Of a DNA stretch of 64,000 bases, positions 35,992 to 44,667 are shown piece after piece; positions within the stretch are counted from its first letter, which is position 1; each line of letters begins with the position of its first letter. Below the pieces are notes generated by a model. That model was not told the origin of the DNA. It saw nothing but the letters and a program-made list of their open reading frames with translations, and made no database searches. The DNA is from a candidate division WOR-3 bacterium (lineage in GTDB: Bacteria > Hydrothermota > Tepidihabitantia > B3-TA06): NCBI GenBank assembly GCA_965649265.1, contig CBFGKC010000001.1, positions 77,119 to 141,118 on the forward strand. Direction: 5' to 3'. The position numbers and the translations under genes are program-made.

Positions 35992-38559
35992 CTACTTCAC
36001 TAAAACTATCTTAGCCGGAGTCATCTTCAAGTCATCAGGCATTATGAAGTACACACCCGGCCCGAAGCTCTCGCCCCACACGGCCGTACCCGTTGTCGCC
36101 GCCGACCGTATCTCACCAACCCTTCTACCTGAAGCGTCGAACACCGAGGCGTGGAAGCCGCCAGGGCAGTTCGTGTACCTCAGCGTGACGGTCGCACCGA
36201 CCGTCGTGACCGCCTCGAAGTCGAGGGGAGGAGGGGGTGTTACGGGCTCAACTACCCCCGGCACCTCAAGATCGACCACCTTCGCGTAGACGTCCCAGCC
36301 CTTGTGACGCCGGTTGTCCTGCCACACGTATACTATCCTGTTCCCGCCCGCGGCCACCGAGTTGTAGTTCGCGGCCTGGTAGTTGAAGCAGAAGAGGTCC
36401 GGATCGTTCACCTGAACCTTGCGGCTCCAGGGCGTGCCGTCCGAGTGGTAATAGATCGCCGAGACCTCCGGGTCATTTCCGAGTTCGGAATAATCCGTTC
36501 CGTAAACCACGAAGCCATCGCCGGGCAGGGCTGCGACGTTGACGGCGTCGTGGTTGGTTGCCTGGGAAGAATCCAGAAGAAAAAGTCCGGTGTTTTTATT
36601 CGACCCGAGCCTCGAACCGGATGCGTCGAAAAACTGTGCAAAGACGCAGCCGGTGACCGAGTCGGGCCAGACGACGCAGAAGTTCCCCTCATCATCCGCG
36701 GCCATGGCCAGAGTTTTCTTGTCCCAGGTAGCCAGGTCGTTTACCTTGAGCGCTTCTCCAAGAGGTTTCCCGGAGGAGTTGAAACGCTGCACGTCAATCA
36801 AGCCCTTCTTTTCCTTCCATGCGACTATGAAACCGCCGCCATCGGCAAGGCTGACAGCAGGGGAAACGTACTGAATGTTGGTTTTTACCACTATCGGCGA
36901 AGCGTCTATCGCGGCATCGTATTTGTCGAAGCGTTTCACGAAAAGCGTCGACTGATCGGCCCATACGGCGGCATATGCACCCTTGCGGTTCATAGAAACG
37001 CCGAAGAAGGAACCCGCATATTTTTTATCCAATTCGCCTATTACTTTCACGTTACCAGAAGGATAACCTGCGGATGTGTAACGTTGGCAACGAAACTCGG
37101 GCGGATTGCTGCGCTCCCAGGCAATCACGAATTCCCCGCTCTTGCGGTTTATGCTCGCAAGGGCTGAGTAATTGGGGTAGAGTCTGTTGATACCCGAGGA
37201 GTCCGTTATCGCCTGGGCGCCGGCCTTGGGCTCACCGTCTTTCGTGAACCTCGCGAACCAGGCCGGGCCCTTGGACCAGTCTTCGCACCAGAGAACGGTA
37301 AAGTTGCCCTCATCGTCTGCAAGAACCTGCGGGTACACTTCGTTGATGGAGCTCTCGTCGTCGTTTATCGCCACCTCAGCGCCCAGCATCGAGCCGTAAA
37401 CCATTCCGCGGCGACCGAGCATCTCGTAAAGGCCTCCTCTCTGTCTGGAATAAACGGCCATCCACTGGTCCGCATTGAGCGCAAGCGCCCTGAGAATGCA
37501 GTTATCTTCGGGACTTTCCTCGCTTACGGTCAACTCAGGTCCCCTGAGAGAGCCGTCCGCGTTGAAATTCTGAAGGTAGACGCGATGAACACCGGTGCGC
37601 GCGTCGCTCCAGGCAACGGTAAAGCTGCCGTCCCAGCCCACGACCATCTTGTGAGCGGTGATGGACGTGACTGCGGAATTCATCTTGTAAATTATCTTCG
37701 CCGGTCCAGTGGCCGAACCGTCCCACGAATAGCTTCTCGAGTAAAGGGCGTAGGGGTTGAGTGAAATGGGATCCCAGAGAACCCATGAGAGGATGAACTT
37801 GCCCGCATGATCGCTACCCACATCCACGGAGACCATTTGCGGGGTTGAGATGGGATTTACATAACCTGCGACCTTGAACCAGTCGCCCCGGGGGGTGCCT
37901 GAGGGTCTGTAAGTGCGGGCACAAACCATAACCGTATCCGATATCTCGGTGCTCCAGGCGGCTATGACCGCTCCATTCGATGCGATCGCGACCCTTAAAT
38001 TCAGACCGGAGCCCTCAATGACGTGCTGCACCTCTCCATTTGCCGTGCCATCCTCGTTAAACTTCAAGAGTCCCACATAGCCTGCGTCCTGCCACAAAAT
38101 CACGTATTCGCCCGAGCTGTTCATCGCCATGGTCGCTTCTTTGTCCGACCCCACGGCAAAAAGCATGGTATCTTTTCCTGTCGGCACGCCTGAGGGCGAA
38201 ACCCTTCGCAGCCAATACTCGCCTGCTGCTCCTCCGGCTCGCCACAGCACTACCATGTTGCCGGCGCTGTCTGAAGCCGCGCACACTATCTCCTGTCCGG
38301 GGTGCATCGAATCGGAGGTAACCATCAGGTTGATACCTGAGGGGACAAGCGATGTAGAAAGATACTGACCGAAAAGATCCCTGTTGCTCTCTCTCGCGTT
38401 TCGTGTGTCCTCCCATACGACAAACCAGCCCTGAGGCGACGGAGCTATAGTCGCATTGCCTTTGGTGCACTTGTCTGGTGAATCGGGATTGACGAGGAAA
38501 TCGTCCTTTACCACTCCACCGGTCAAAAGAACCGTCAACGTTAAAACCAAGAAGCTCAT
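35992..38559 (-). CDS. Secreted beta-propeller protein with T9SS-A-like CTD (paralog B)
   Basis: Same architecture, shared blocks such as ALALNADQWMAVYSRQR; PGVYFI CTD; promoter TTGACT-N16-TATACT at 38604-38631. Confidence 0.82.
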   Translation of the reverse strand: MSFLVLTLTVLLTGGVVKDDFLVNPDSPDKCTKGNATIAPSPQGWFVVWEDTRNARESNRDLFGQYLSTSLVPSGINLMVTSDSMHPGQEIVCAASDSAGNMVVLWRAGGAAGEYWLRRVSPSGVPTGKDTMLFAVGSDKEATMAMNSSGEYVILWQDAGYVGLLKFNEDGTANGEVQHVIEGSGLNLRVAIASNGAVIAAWSTEISDTVMVCARTYRPSGTPRGDWFKVAGYVNPISTPQMVSVDVGSDHAGKFILSWVLWDPISLNPYALYSRSYSWDGSATGPAKIIYKMNSAVTSITAHKMVVGWDGSFTVAWSDARTGVHRVYLQNFNADGSLRGPELTVSEESPEDNCILRALALNADQWMAVYSRQRGGLYEMLGRRGMVYGSMLGAEVAINDDESSINEVYPQVLADDEGNFTVLWCEDWSKGPAWFARFTKDGEPKAGAQAITDSSGINRLYPNYSALASINRKSGEFVIAWERSNPPEFRCQRYTSAGYPSGNVKVIGELDKKYAGSFFGVSMNRKGAYAAVWADQSTLFVKRFDKYDAAIDASPIVVKTNIQYVSPAVSLADGGGFIVAWKEKKGLIDVQRFNSSGKPLGEALKVNDLATWDKKTLAMAADDEGNFCVVWPDSVTGCVFAQFFDASGSRLGSNKNTGLFLLDSSQATNHDAVNVAALPGDGFVVYGTDYSELGNDPEVSAIYYHSDGTPWSRKVQVNDPDLFCFNYQAANYNSVAAGGNRIVYVWQDNRRHKGWDVYAKVVDLEVPGVVEPVTPPPPLDFEAVTTVGATVTLRYTNCPGGFHASVFDASGRRVGEIRSAATTGTAVWGESFGPGVYFIMPDDLKMTPAKIVLVK

Positions 38560-38747
38560 TTTCTCCTCCTTCCCCTTCAGGGGAATTCTTGGTTAACGTA
38601 ATAAGTATAGGCCGGAGAGAAAGCCAGTCAAGCCCCAAAATCGACGAAAAGATACTGCCCAGTATAGCAAAATATCATCTTTGTATGCGGGCGTTTCCTT
38701 CCGCCTTATGCCGTAGTTCATCGCTTCCTTTGTCCCTCCTCCACCTC

Positions 38748-38816
38748 CCCTCAGCCCTCCTCAGCCCTCCTCAGCCCCCCTCAGCCCCCTCAGGCCTCCT
38801 CAGGTTCCCTCAGATC
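38748..38816 (+). repeat. About 7 tandem ~10-bp CCTCAGCCC(T/C) repeats
   Basis: Directly visible in the divergent promoter region. Confidence 0.8.
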
Positions 38817-39169
38817 CTTCGGCCCTCCCCTGCGGCCAGACTCTTCCTTTCTCTTCTCAATACTTGAATGGGCTTGACAAATTTCTCATAATGACTAATA
38901 TCTCTGTGGATTTGTGTTGGGCAGGAGTAGTTATGAGCAGGGCTTGATACCTTCCAGCCGGGTTTGATTTGTAGTATCGGACTGCCGGGCGCGTCGAAAG
39001 AATCATTATGTGACGCATACATGAGGGGTATACAGGGCCGCTCAAGAACAAGAAGATAAGGATAACACAGGTTAATACGTTTTGGTTCTAACGAAAGGGC
39101 TTGGCATCATAAAAGATAGCAACTCAATCCTGGGCAGTTTCTCCAACAGGATAACTCGAGGAGGTTCTA

Positions 39170-39736
39170 TTGGCCGGGGTTAGAGGCAATTCCTTTGCCA
39201 CGATAAACCGCTGGCTTTCGAAGCGGCTCGCGGGCGAGGATTACGACGATCTCCTGGCAAACATGCGTCAGCCGGTCGCAAAAATCCTCACGAGACCCGA
39301 GGGCTGGTCCTGGTATCCCCTTGAATACCTCTCCGAGATACTCGAAAACATCCACACATCCATCGCGTCGGTCAACGGCGAAGAAATCGAAAGCCTGGGC
39401 TGCTTCCTTGCCGAGGAGGACCTGGGCGGCGTCCCTAAAGTCAACGGGTCGCGTCTTCCAATGCCCAGGGTTCTTGCCCGCATACCCTTTCTCTGGTCGC
39501 GCTCCATGGACTGCGGCGACTTTAACATCATCCAGATCAGTGAGAGTGAAAACAAGGCCTCGCTCTCGCTTTCGGGCTACAACGGCGGCATCATGCACTG
39601 CGATCTTATCCGCTCCTGGCTCAAGCGGTGTTTTGAACTCCTCAGCGGTGCCGTTGTAACGGTCACCGAATCAGCTTGCCGCTACAAGAACGCCGGCTCG
39701 ACTTGCACCTGGGATATCTCCTGGGAAACTCCCTGA
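39170..39736 (+). CDS. DUF2378/TIGR02265-like (V4R-like) protein, paralog 1
   Basis: VRGNSF, WSWYP, C-terminal ESAC...CTWDISW; TTG start with GAGGAGG. Confidence 0.6.
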   Translation: MAGVRGNSFATINRWLSKRLAGEDYDDLLANMRQPVAKILTRPEGWSWYPLEYLSEILENIHTSIASVNGEEIESLGCFLAEEDLGGVPKVNGSRLPMPRVLARIPFLWSRSMDCGDFNIIQISESENKASLSLSGYNGGIMHCDLIRSWLKRCFELLSGAVVTVTESACRYKNAGSTCTWDISWETP

Positions 39737-40038
39737 ACCTTATCCCTGAAGAGGACTCTTTCAACACAAACGAACCGCATTGAATCCTCCCCCTCCCCTG
39801 GTAAGTGACCGGTCTTAAACAGATACGCATTTCGTTCCGGGCAAAAGAGCTCTCTGTCGCAGCGCAGGGGGCGCCATCGAAGGCGCGCAAGCTTCCCGTC
39901 GAGTTCTGAATCCCCGCATTGCTCAATCGCCTGAACGGTTTCGGCTTAAACCCTCTCGCCAGCCGGTTCTTGACAAATTGGCATCAAGGAGTTATTATTA
40001 ACAATAACAAACCACCCTAATCAGGAAGGAGGTTTATA

Positions 40039-41421
40039 ATGAGGTTTTTGGTGCTTTTAGTTCTGGCAGGGATGACCGCCGCGGCCGCGGAAGAGGCGGT
40101 GGTCGATTGGCAAAGGACCTATGATTCAGGTAAAAAAGACGATGTGGCGGACGTTGCCGTTGACGGCTGGGGCAACATTTACGTCGCGGGCACAACCAGC
40201 GATGACGGCATAAACTCCGATTTCCTCATCCTCAAGTACGACAAATACGGCGGGCTGGCCTGGGACACGACCTACGACTCGGGCAATGAGGATTACGCCT
40301 ACGGAGTCGCCACCGATCCCGAGGGTAACGTGTTTGTCTCAGGGTACTCGCTCGTCGACACCGACCAGGATTTTCGTCTCGTAAAGCTCGACTCCACGGG
40401 CAGGCTGCTCTGGACCCGAAACTACAACCTCGGTTATGACAGGGCGGCAAAGGTCGCGGTGGACGGCGCCGGAGCGCCCTGCATTGCCGGGTACTCGACC
40501 GTCGGTTCCGACGGGCGTTTCCTTACGGTCAAGTTTACTAAGGACGGCAGCTTTCTCTGGTACAAGGACTACGGGGCAAATGCCGACGATCATGCGATGA
40601 GCGTCTGCTCCGATGGCCCTAACAATTTTCTGGTCGCGGGTTATTCTCGCAAGGGAGCGTCTACCTTCGACATGCGCGTAATAAAGTACGACGCATCGGG
40701 CAACGAGAAGCTTAATAAGACTTACGACATGGGAATATCCGAGTTCGCAACGGGCGTCGCGGCGGACTCGGCCGGCAACATATATCTTACCGGTTACGTC
40801 CCCGGCAGTGATTTTCTGACGGTAAAACTCAGCCCGGTGGGCAGCGAGAGCTGGGCAACGGTCTACAATCCAGGCAACGAGGCCAGGGACATTGCCCTTG
40901 ACCGGCAGGGTAACGTGTACGTCGTGGGTGAGTACAAATCGGGGGCCGACTACGATTTCACAACGATTAAGTATTCGAACGGGGGAATATTCCAGTGGGA
41001 AATCAGCGCAGGCGTCTACGCCCCGCGAGGGCTTTCGGGGGTCGCACTCGATTCGGACGGCGGCGTTTTTGCAGCGGGACCTTCTTTCAACGGCAGCAAT
41101 GTCGATTTCACGCTAATCAAGTACAGTCAAATCTCGGGTGTCGCAGAGCCGGACCCCTCTGCCGCGCTCCCTTCGCTTGTGCTCATCTCGACCCACGGTT
41201 CCTCGGCAACTCTCGCTTACACGCTCGCTCGCGATGAACGCGCCACTCTCTCCTTCTACTCCTGCGCCGGCGCCCTGGTCACGTCCCCCGTCCCCCTCTC
41301 AGCCTGCCAGGGTACCTACACCTGGGACGCAAGCCGCCTATCCCGGGGGGTCTACTTCGCAAGGCTCGACTCGCCTCAAGGCTCTCGAACGGTAAAGGTC
41401 GTAATCCTGACCAACTCATAA
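40039..41421 (+). CDS. SBBP-repeat beta-propeller protein with T9SS-A-like CTD
   Basis: Repeated VAVDxxGNIYVAG...DFLxxKY units; RGVYFARL CTD. Confidence 0.85.
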   Translation: MRFLVLLVLAGMTAAAAEEAVVDWQRTYDSGKKDDVADVAVDGWGNIYVAGTTSDDGINSDFLILKYDKYGGLAWDTTYDSGNEDYAYGVATDPEGNVFVSGYSLVDTDQDFRLVKLDSTGRLLWTRNYNLGYDRAAKVAVDGAGAPCIAGYSTVGSDGRFLTVKFTKDGSFLWYKDYGANADDHAMSVCSDGPNNFLVAGYSRKGASTFDMRVIKYDASGNEKLNKTYDMGISEFATGVAADSAGNIYLTGYVPGSDFLTVKLSPVGSESWATVYNPGNEARDIALDRQGNVYVVGEYKSGADYDFTTIKYSNGGIFQWEISAGVYAPRGLSGVALDSDGGVFAAGPSFNGSNVDFTLIKYSQISGVAEPDPSAALPSLVLISTHGSSATLAYTLARDERATLSFYSCAGALVTSPVPLSACQGTYTWDASRLSRGVYFARLDSPQGSRTVKVVILTNS

Positions 41422-41644
41422 AAACAAGAGGTGTTTTTTTGGCGACCCCTTTTTGCCCCTCCCCCGACTAAAGGGGTCCTTAAAAAAGTCGGTGCGGCTT
41501 TTTTTGGGGGGGGGGTAAAGATGCAGGAAAAAAAACCAACATCAAGTCAGGCTTCCGGTTTACATCTTCCTCCCCTCTTGACAAATGTTCACAACTGCAT
41601 ATCATAAAAAAGGTTAAATCGAAAAGAATGGAAGGAGGTTTCCA

Positions 41645-42985
41645 ATGAAATACACCCGTAACACCCGTAACCCCAAATCAATCGTCCTCGCGGTAATGCT
41701 GCCCGCAATCCTCACAGCTTCCTGGCAGAAGCTCAACATACCAACGGATGAGGGTTTTGTAGCCGTATGTGCGCTCAACGAGCAAATCATCTTTGTTTCT
41801 GGAGACGCAGGTCTCTGGAAGACCTTTGATGGCACGAGTTGGGTAATAGATAGCGGTTATCAGTCAAGCATGATCTATTTTGTCAATGACACCTTGGGGT
41901 TCCTTTGGGGCAGTATTATAACGATTGATGGAGGAAAAACCTGGGTTAAAGGCGATACCGTAAACGGCACCGTTGGTCCAATCTCCTTCCCTAAAGGCCA
42001 AAGTGTTATCGGTTACGGCTTGGGTTACGACCATGTGAGCAAGACCACGGACGGCGGCTGGCATTGGAGTGAGCTTTCTCCGTTTCCCGATGTTTACCCC
42101 GGGTTTGACGAGCATGTTAATCCAAAGCATATCTGTTTTCCTTCGGACCCGGACACTGGCTACGTGACTGCAGAGTGCGTGAAAAAGGTGGATGATTCTA
42201 CCTTCGAGCCTCGTATGAGCTACTTCAAGACCACGGATGGAGGCCAAAGCTGGGTGATTAACGAAGAAGTATTATACGACGATCACTTCAATTCCTATCT
42301 TGTTGATTTCCCCGAGAACGCAAGCGTGGGCTATATGTCAGGCAGCTACCTGCAAGGTACAACATGGATTGGTTGTCTCTACAAGACCGTCAACGGCGGA
42401 GCCACCTGGGACACGATATTAGTTGATACCTCGATGTCGATGAATGATATGAGTTTTCCAGAAAACGATCAAGTTGGCTATGTCATTGGTAGTAATAAGG
42501 CATATAAGACCGTCAATGCTGGCGAGACATGGAGAAAACTCGAGTTCGGTCAAGATACAATTTTGCATAACTGTCACTTTGTCGATAACAAATTGGGCTT
42601 CATCACTGGTATTAAAAACGTCGATGTTTGTTTGATGCCTTTCGATCCCGGCTTCGTTCTCAAGACAATCGACGGGTTGATAGGTATAGCCGAGGAGAAT
42701 TGGGTTGACGTGAAGCCGCAGCTAATCGAGTTGAGCACGACCGCTTTCTTTTCGAACGAACTTAAGGTAAGCTACAGCTCAAAATCGCCGGGTTATCTCC
42801 AGGCAAGTGTCTTTGACGCCTCGGGCCGCCAGGTTCGCTCGCTCGAGGGGCAGAACGTCTCAGGCCCCGGAACTATCTCCTTGCCATGCTCGAGTATTTC
42901 CGCGGGCGTCTACTTCGTGAGGGTGGAGTTTCGCTCCACCGGGGGGAATCAAGGCAAGACGCTACGAACCGTAAAGATTCAGTAA
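41645..42985 (+). CDS. YCF48/BNR-repeat beta-propeller protein with T9SS-A-like CTD
   Basis: Repeated KTTDGG-x-x-W Asp-boxes; AGVYFVRV CTD. Confidence 0.85.
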   Translation: MKYTRNTRNPKSIVLAVMLPAILTASWQKLNIPTDEGFVAVCALNEQIIFVSGDAGLWKTFDGTSWVIDSGYQSSMIYFVNDTLGFLWGSIITIDGGKTWVKGDTVNGTVGPISFPKGQSVIGYGLGYDHVSKTTDGGWHWSELSPFPDVYPGFDEHVNPKHICFPSDPDTGYVTAECVKKVDDSTFEPRMSYFKTTDGGQSWVINEEVLYDDHFNSYLVDFPENASVGYMSGSYLQGTTWIGCLYKTVNGGATWDTILVDTSMSMNDMSFPENDQVGYVIGSNKAYKTVNAGETWRKLEFGQDTILHNCHFVDNKLGFITGIKNVDVCLMPFDPGFVLKTIDGLIGIAEENWVDVKPQLIELSTTAFFSNELKVSYSSKSPGYLQASVFDASGRQVRSLEGQNVSGPGTISLPCSSISAGVYFVRVEFRSTGGNQGKTLRTVKIQ

Positions 42986-43308
42986 CCAACCCTAAATAAT
43001 CACTCCGTGCTTCTTTGGGGACCCCCTCCTCTGACAGGCAAAAGAGAAGCGCAATAACGCATCCATCTCGGGCAGGTCGCATGCACTAATGCCTTTTCCG
43101 GAGGCTGTTTTCTTAACAACTCTCTTGGCCTGTAAAGGGAGATCCACGGGCCATGCGGTCGGTCACATATGCCCGACTTGACGCGGCTTAAGACGTTACT
43201 ATAATCTATGTGGAGCCCATGAAAATCTGAAACTACAGATCCATGTGCGTTGAGCACGAGGCAGCCCTGTTCCTGCCTGGGTTACATTGTGCTCAAGAGG
43301 AGGAGCTA

Positions 43309-43872
43309 ATGTCCGAAATAAAGGGCAACTCTCTGGTAGCAATAAACAACTGGCTTGTGGAGCATTTGAAGGGTAAGTATTTCGAATTCCTGAGCCGTAT
43401 GCGCGAACCGGTGGCGCGCACACTCACCGACACCCGGGGGTGGGCATGGTACCCCGTGGCCTACCTCGTAGAAATTTACAACAAGATATCCGAGGAACTC
43501 GGCAACGACAACGGATGCAAGCAAGTGCTCGACGAACTCGGCCGGTATATCGCCGAAGCCGATCTTGCGAACCTTTCAAAGGACGACTGCAGGTTCCTGC
43601 CCATGCCGCGCGTGCTGGCAAGGCTGCCCGGGTTGTGGTCACGCTGCAAGAACTGCGGCCAGCTGGAGGTGCTGAAGGTTGACCCCAAGAGCGGCACGGC
43701 CGAACTCGTTCTTACGGGCTGCGGCGGCGGGCCAATGCACCAGGAGGTCGTCCGCGCCTGGCTCGAGAAAGTGATGGGCCTCATCGGGAACTGCAAGCTC
43801 AACCTCGAGGGGATGAGCTACCCCTGGGAGGCGGGCGACGAGGTCTACTACTGGAGGGTCGATTGGAAATAA
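43309..43872 (+). CDS. DUF2378/TIGR02265-like protein, paralog 2
   Basis: Collinear with 39170-39736 (MREPVARTL, GWAWYP, LPMPRVLAR); ATG 43309 has GAGGAGGAG RBS. Confidence 0.6.
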   Translation: MSEIKGNSLVAINNWLVEHLKGKYFEFLSRMREPVARTLTDTRGWAWYPVAYLVEIYNKISEELGNDNGCKQVLDELGRYIAEADLANLSKDDCRFLPMPRVLARLPGLWSRCKNCGQLEVLKVDPKSGTAELVLTGCGGGPMHQEVVRAWLEKVMGLIGNCKLNLEGMSYPWEAGDEVYYWRVDWK

Positions 43873-44331
43873 CCCGTAACAAACTTCTCCCAATTAAAAC
43901 CCCGGAGAGGTTTTTATTGGGGCCCCTTATAGACCCCAAAAGAAAGTGTGAATGTTTTTACTGGGCCTTCTTTCTCATCTCGAAAAAAGGCCATTCCTAA
44001 CCTCTTTAACTTCCCTTCCCTCTTCCCTAAAGGGTTGGGAGGAGCTTTTTGAGTACCCCTTAATGATCGCGTTGTGAACCGCTGTTGCTCTGGAGACACA
44101 TAAGGTGTTCTCTTGGGGGCTCCGTATCGACTCCAAAGGAAAACGTTAAGGATTATATTTGGAAACCCTAAAAACGGTAAAGGTGAAATGTCGTAAATGT
44201 ATCCGCGTAGTTAAATTGTTTGCGCCCGGCCTCCCCCGGAGGCCACCAATGCCATTCAAAAGTTAATTGGCGGAAGTACATCCACCCCTGGTGGGTCACT
44301 TGCGTCCGGCCTCCCCTGGAGGCCATTTTCC

Positions 44332-44360
44332 TTGACAACCTCCTCCTCCTCACCTATAAT
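44332..44360 (+). promoter_or_regulatory. Consensus sigma70 promoter of the riboswitch-btuB transcript
   Basis: TTGACA-N17-TATAAT. Confidence 0.85.
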
Positions 44361-44377
44361 CGTCCCGACAACTTGTA

Positions 44378-44596
44378 GTAAAGGCGGAGGCCAGGGAAGG
44401 CCGTGAGAATCGGCCGCGGTGCCGCCACTGTGATCCGGAAACTGCGTTTCCCCCGGGTACCTCTCCTTCATGGAGAGCCACGGGTCGATCGAAACAAGGG
44501 ACCATCCCTCGTTTCTCAAGTCACTTTCTGCCCAAAGCAGATGGGAAGGCTGGAGACGCAGCCAAGCCGGTAAGCCAGGAGACCTATCCGCCACTA
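44378..44596 (+). ncRNA. Cobalamin (AdoCbl) riboswitch
   Basis: AGGGAAGGCCGTGAGAATCGGCCGCGGTGCCGCCACTGT, GGGAAGG and B12-box AAGCCAGGAGACC, upstream of a TonB-dependent receptor. Confidence 0.92.
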
Positions 44597-44667
44597 TCCC
44601 GCATCATCCATTCCGGGCCAGGATGGAGATGTGGTTATCCTCTTATCTTACAACCTGGAGGTTCATC

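Noticed and set aside
33245-38559. Diversity-generating retroelement TR/VR pair
   Set aside because: Mismatches are not adenine-specific, both copies are full genes, and no reverse transcriptase is present
44470-44667. N-terminal extension of btuB in the ORF track
   Set aside because: Overlaps the riboswitch; ATG 44668 has an RBS and a signal-like sequence
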